From: Dicyema japonicum
Lineage: Eukaryota > Animalia > Dicyemida
Direction of reading: 5' to 3'
Assembly: GCA_011109175.1 (NCBI GenBank)
Contig: RDEW01000108.1
Location: 1-64,000, forward strand
DNA length: 64,000 nucleotides
Below, piece after piece: positions 63,030 to 64,000 of the stretch; the first letter of the stretch is position 1; every line of letters begins with the position of its first letter. The notes below the pieces were generated by a model. It saw only the letters and a list, made by a program, of their open reading frames with translations, had not been told where the DNA came from and did no database searches. The position numbers and the translations under genes were made by a program.

Positions 63030-63265
63030 TTTATCTTCATTTCCTCTAATGGCGTCAATGGATCCACCTTACTCCGAAAACGACCGATACCTGCCTGGCA
63101 TTCAAAAGGATTCATCTATTCATCTTTGGTGAAGAGTTTTTGAATCGACCTTAGCTTCCAGAGAACATCCTCTGGATCACTGTGCTTGGGTGAGGGTAAC
63201 CTGGACTGCGTCAGGATCAAGGAATTAGTTAATTTTTATCACCATCAGTCTTTGGAATAATTTAA
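63030..63265 (+). mobile_element. SINE-like element family A2, divergent headless copy
   Basis: Core 63051-63114; tail GTCAGGATCAAGGAATTAGTT...GTCTTTGGAATAATTT. Confidence 0.7.
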
Positions 63266-63734
63266 TTAATTAATCCATATGGTACCACATCAAGCTATTT
63301 TCACAAGTATATAACATAATTCGATTTCCAAAAATACTTAAAAAATTCAATTTAAAAATAGTTAAACTGAAAAATATCCAAATTATGTTAACATTCGACC
63401 GATACTTTGATGGAACAGCTTTAAAATAAATATTCATTCTCGTATAATCGGTTAAAGAATTTGCACAAAAATAGCAAACTGCGTTAACTAGTTTACTACA
63501 CTCAAGTTATAATAACCTCCAGAGAAGTAATAAATTTAAAATCACGAGAATACAAATTTATTTTAACATCAATTTTCACTTTATTGGTCGTCTAATATGA
63601 ACTGTTTTTTATTCGACTTTTCTGGTTATAAACTCACACATCAGGAATCCAGGAATTTGTACGTTGACGCAAATTATTCATCTTGTTGATAAATGTGATT
63701 ACTGAGAAAATATATAATTATGTTGACATTTGAT

Positions 63735-64000
63735 TTATTTATTTATCACCCAAGACCACGGTAAAACCAAAACTAACTATCACGTGATCTCGATGCGCTC
63801 GCCAAAATCCTCATTCTTTTCCGGTGCTCCTCCCTCGTACCCACACAAGCTCGTACTGGGCGGCTGACTGTATTTGCAGGGTCACCTTCCCGCATGCCGG
63901 AGTTTTGTTTAATGAGGGCCTCTAGAGTAGTCGGTCCGGTTCTGTGTCTCCCACAAGACCACCGCTCTGTCATTATGAAAGGCCTTCTTTTGAACGTCCT
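63735..64000 (-). mobile_element. Vingi-like LINE family B 3' end (continues beyond the window)
   Basis: Reverse complement nearly identical to 5840-6100 and 16050-16320. Confidence 0.9.

Overview
AT-rich eukaryotic (animal-like) genomic DNA dominated by decayed transposable elements. Non-LTR retrotransposons present: APE-type Ingi/Vingi-like, Jockey/I-group with gag-like ORF1, two RTE families, many CRE-like restriction-endonuclease fragments and an R4/NeSL-like RT. DNA transposons present: two Buster-type hATs with intact TIRs and 8-bp TSDs, plus Ginger-like, Merlin-like and Tigger-like fragments. Host genes are short and carry 21-27 nt introns: 3' end of a DHX8/PRP22 helicase, a novel-type PKC, an SLC25A39/40 carrier, a telobox (TRF-like) Myb protein and a possible proteasome beta subunit. 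The micro-introns suggest a reduced parasitic animal such as a dicyemid (inference only). Most frameshifts in these genes are one-base homopolymer contractions, probably assembly error. The main unexplained signal is a ~60-nt RNA fold with HDV-ribozyme topology (P1/P2 pseudoknot, ACC-N7-GG P3, P4 hairpin), supported by compensatory changes. It occurs about 12 times in full and twice in part. It sits in the 5' UTR of a Vingi-like LINE and forms the core of a modular non-autonomous SINE-like superfamily with exchangeable heads and LINE-derived tails. A 2A ribosome-skipping peptide precedes the endonuclease of a related LINE. All assignments were made by eye without database searches.
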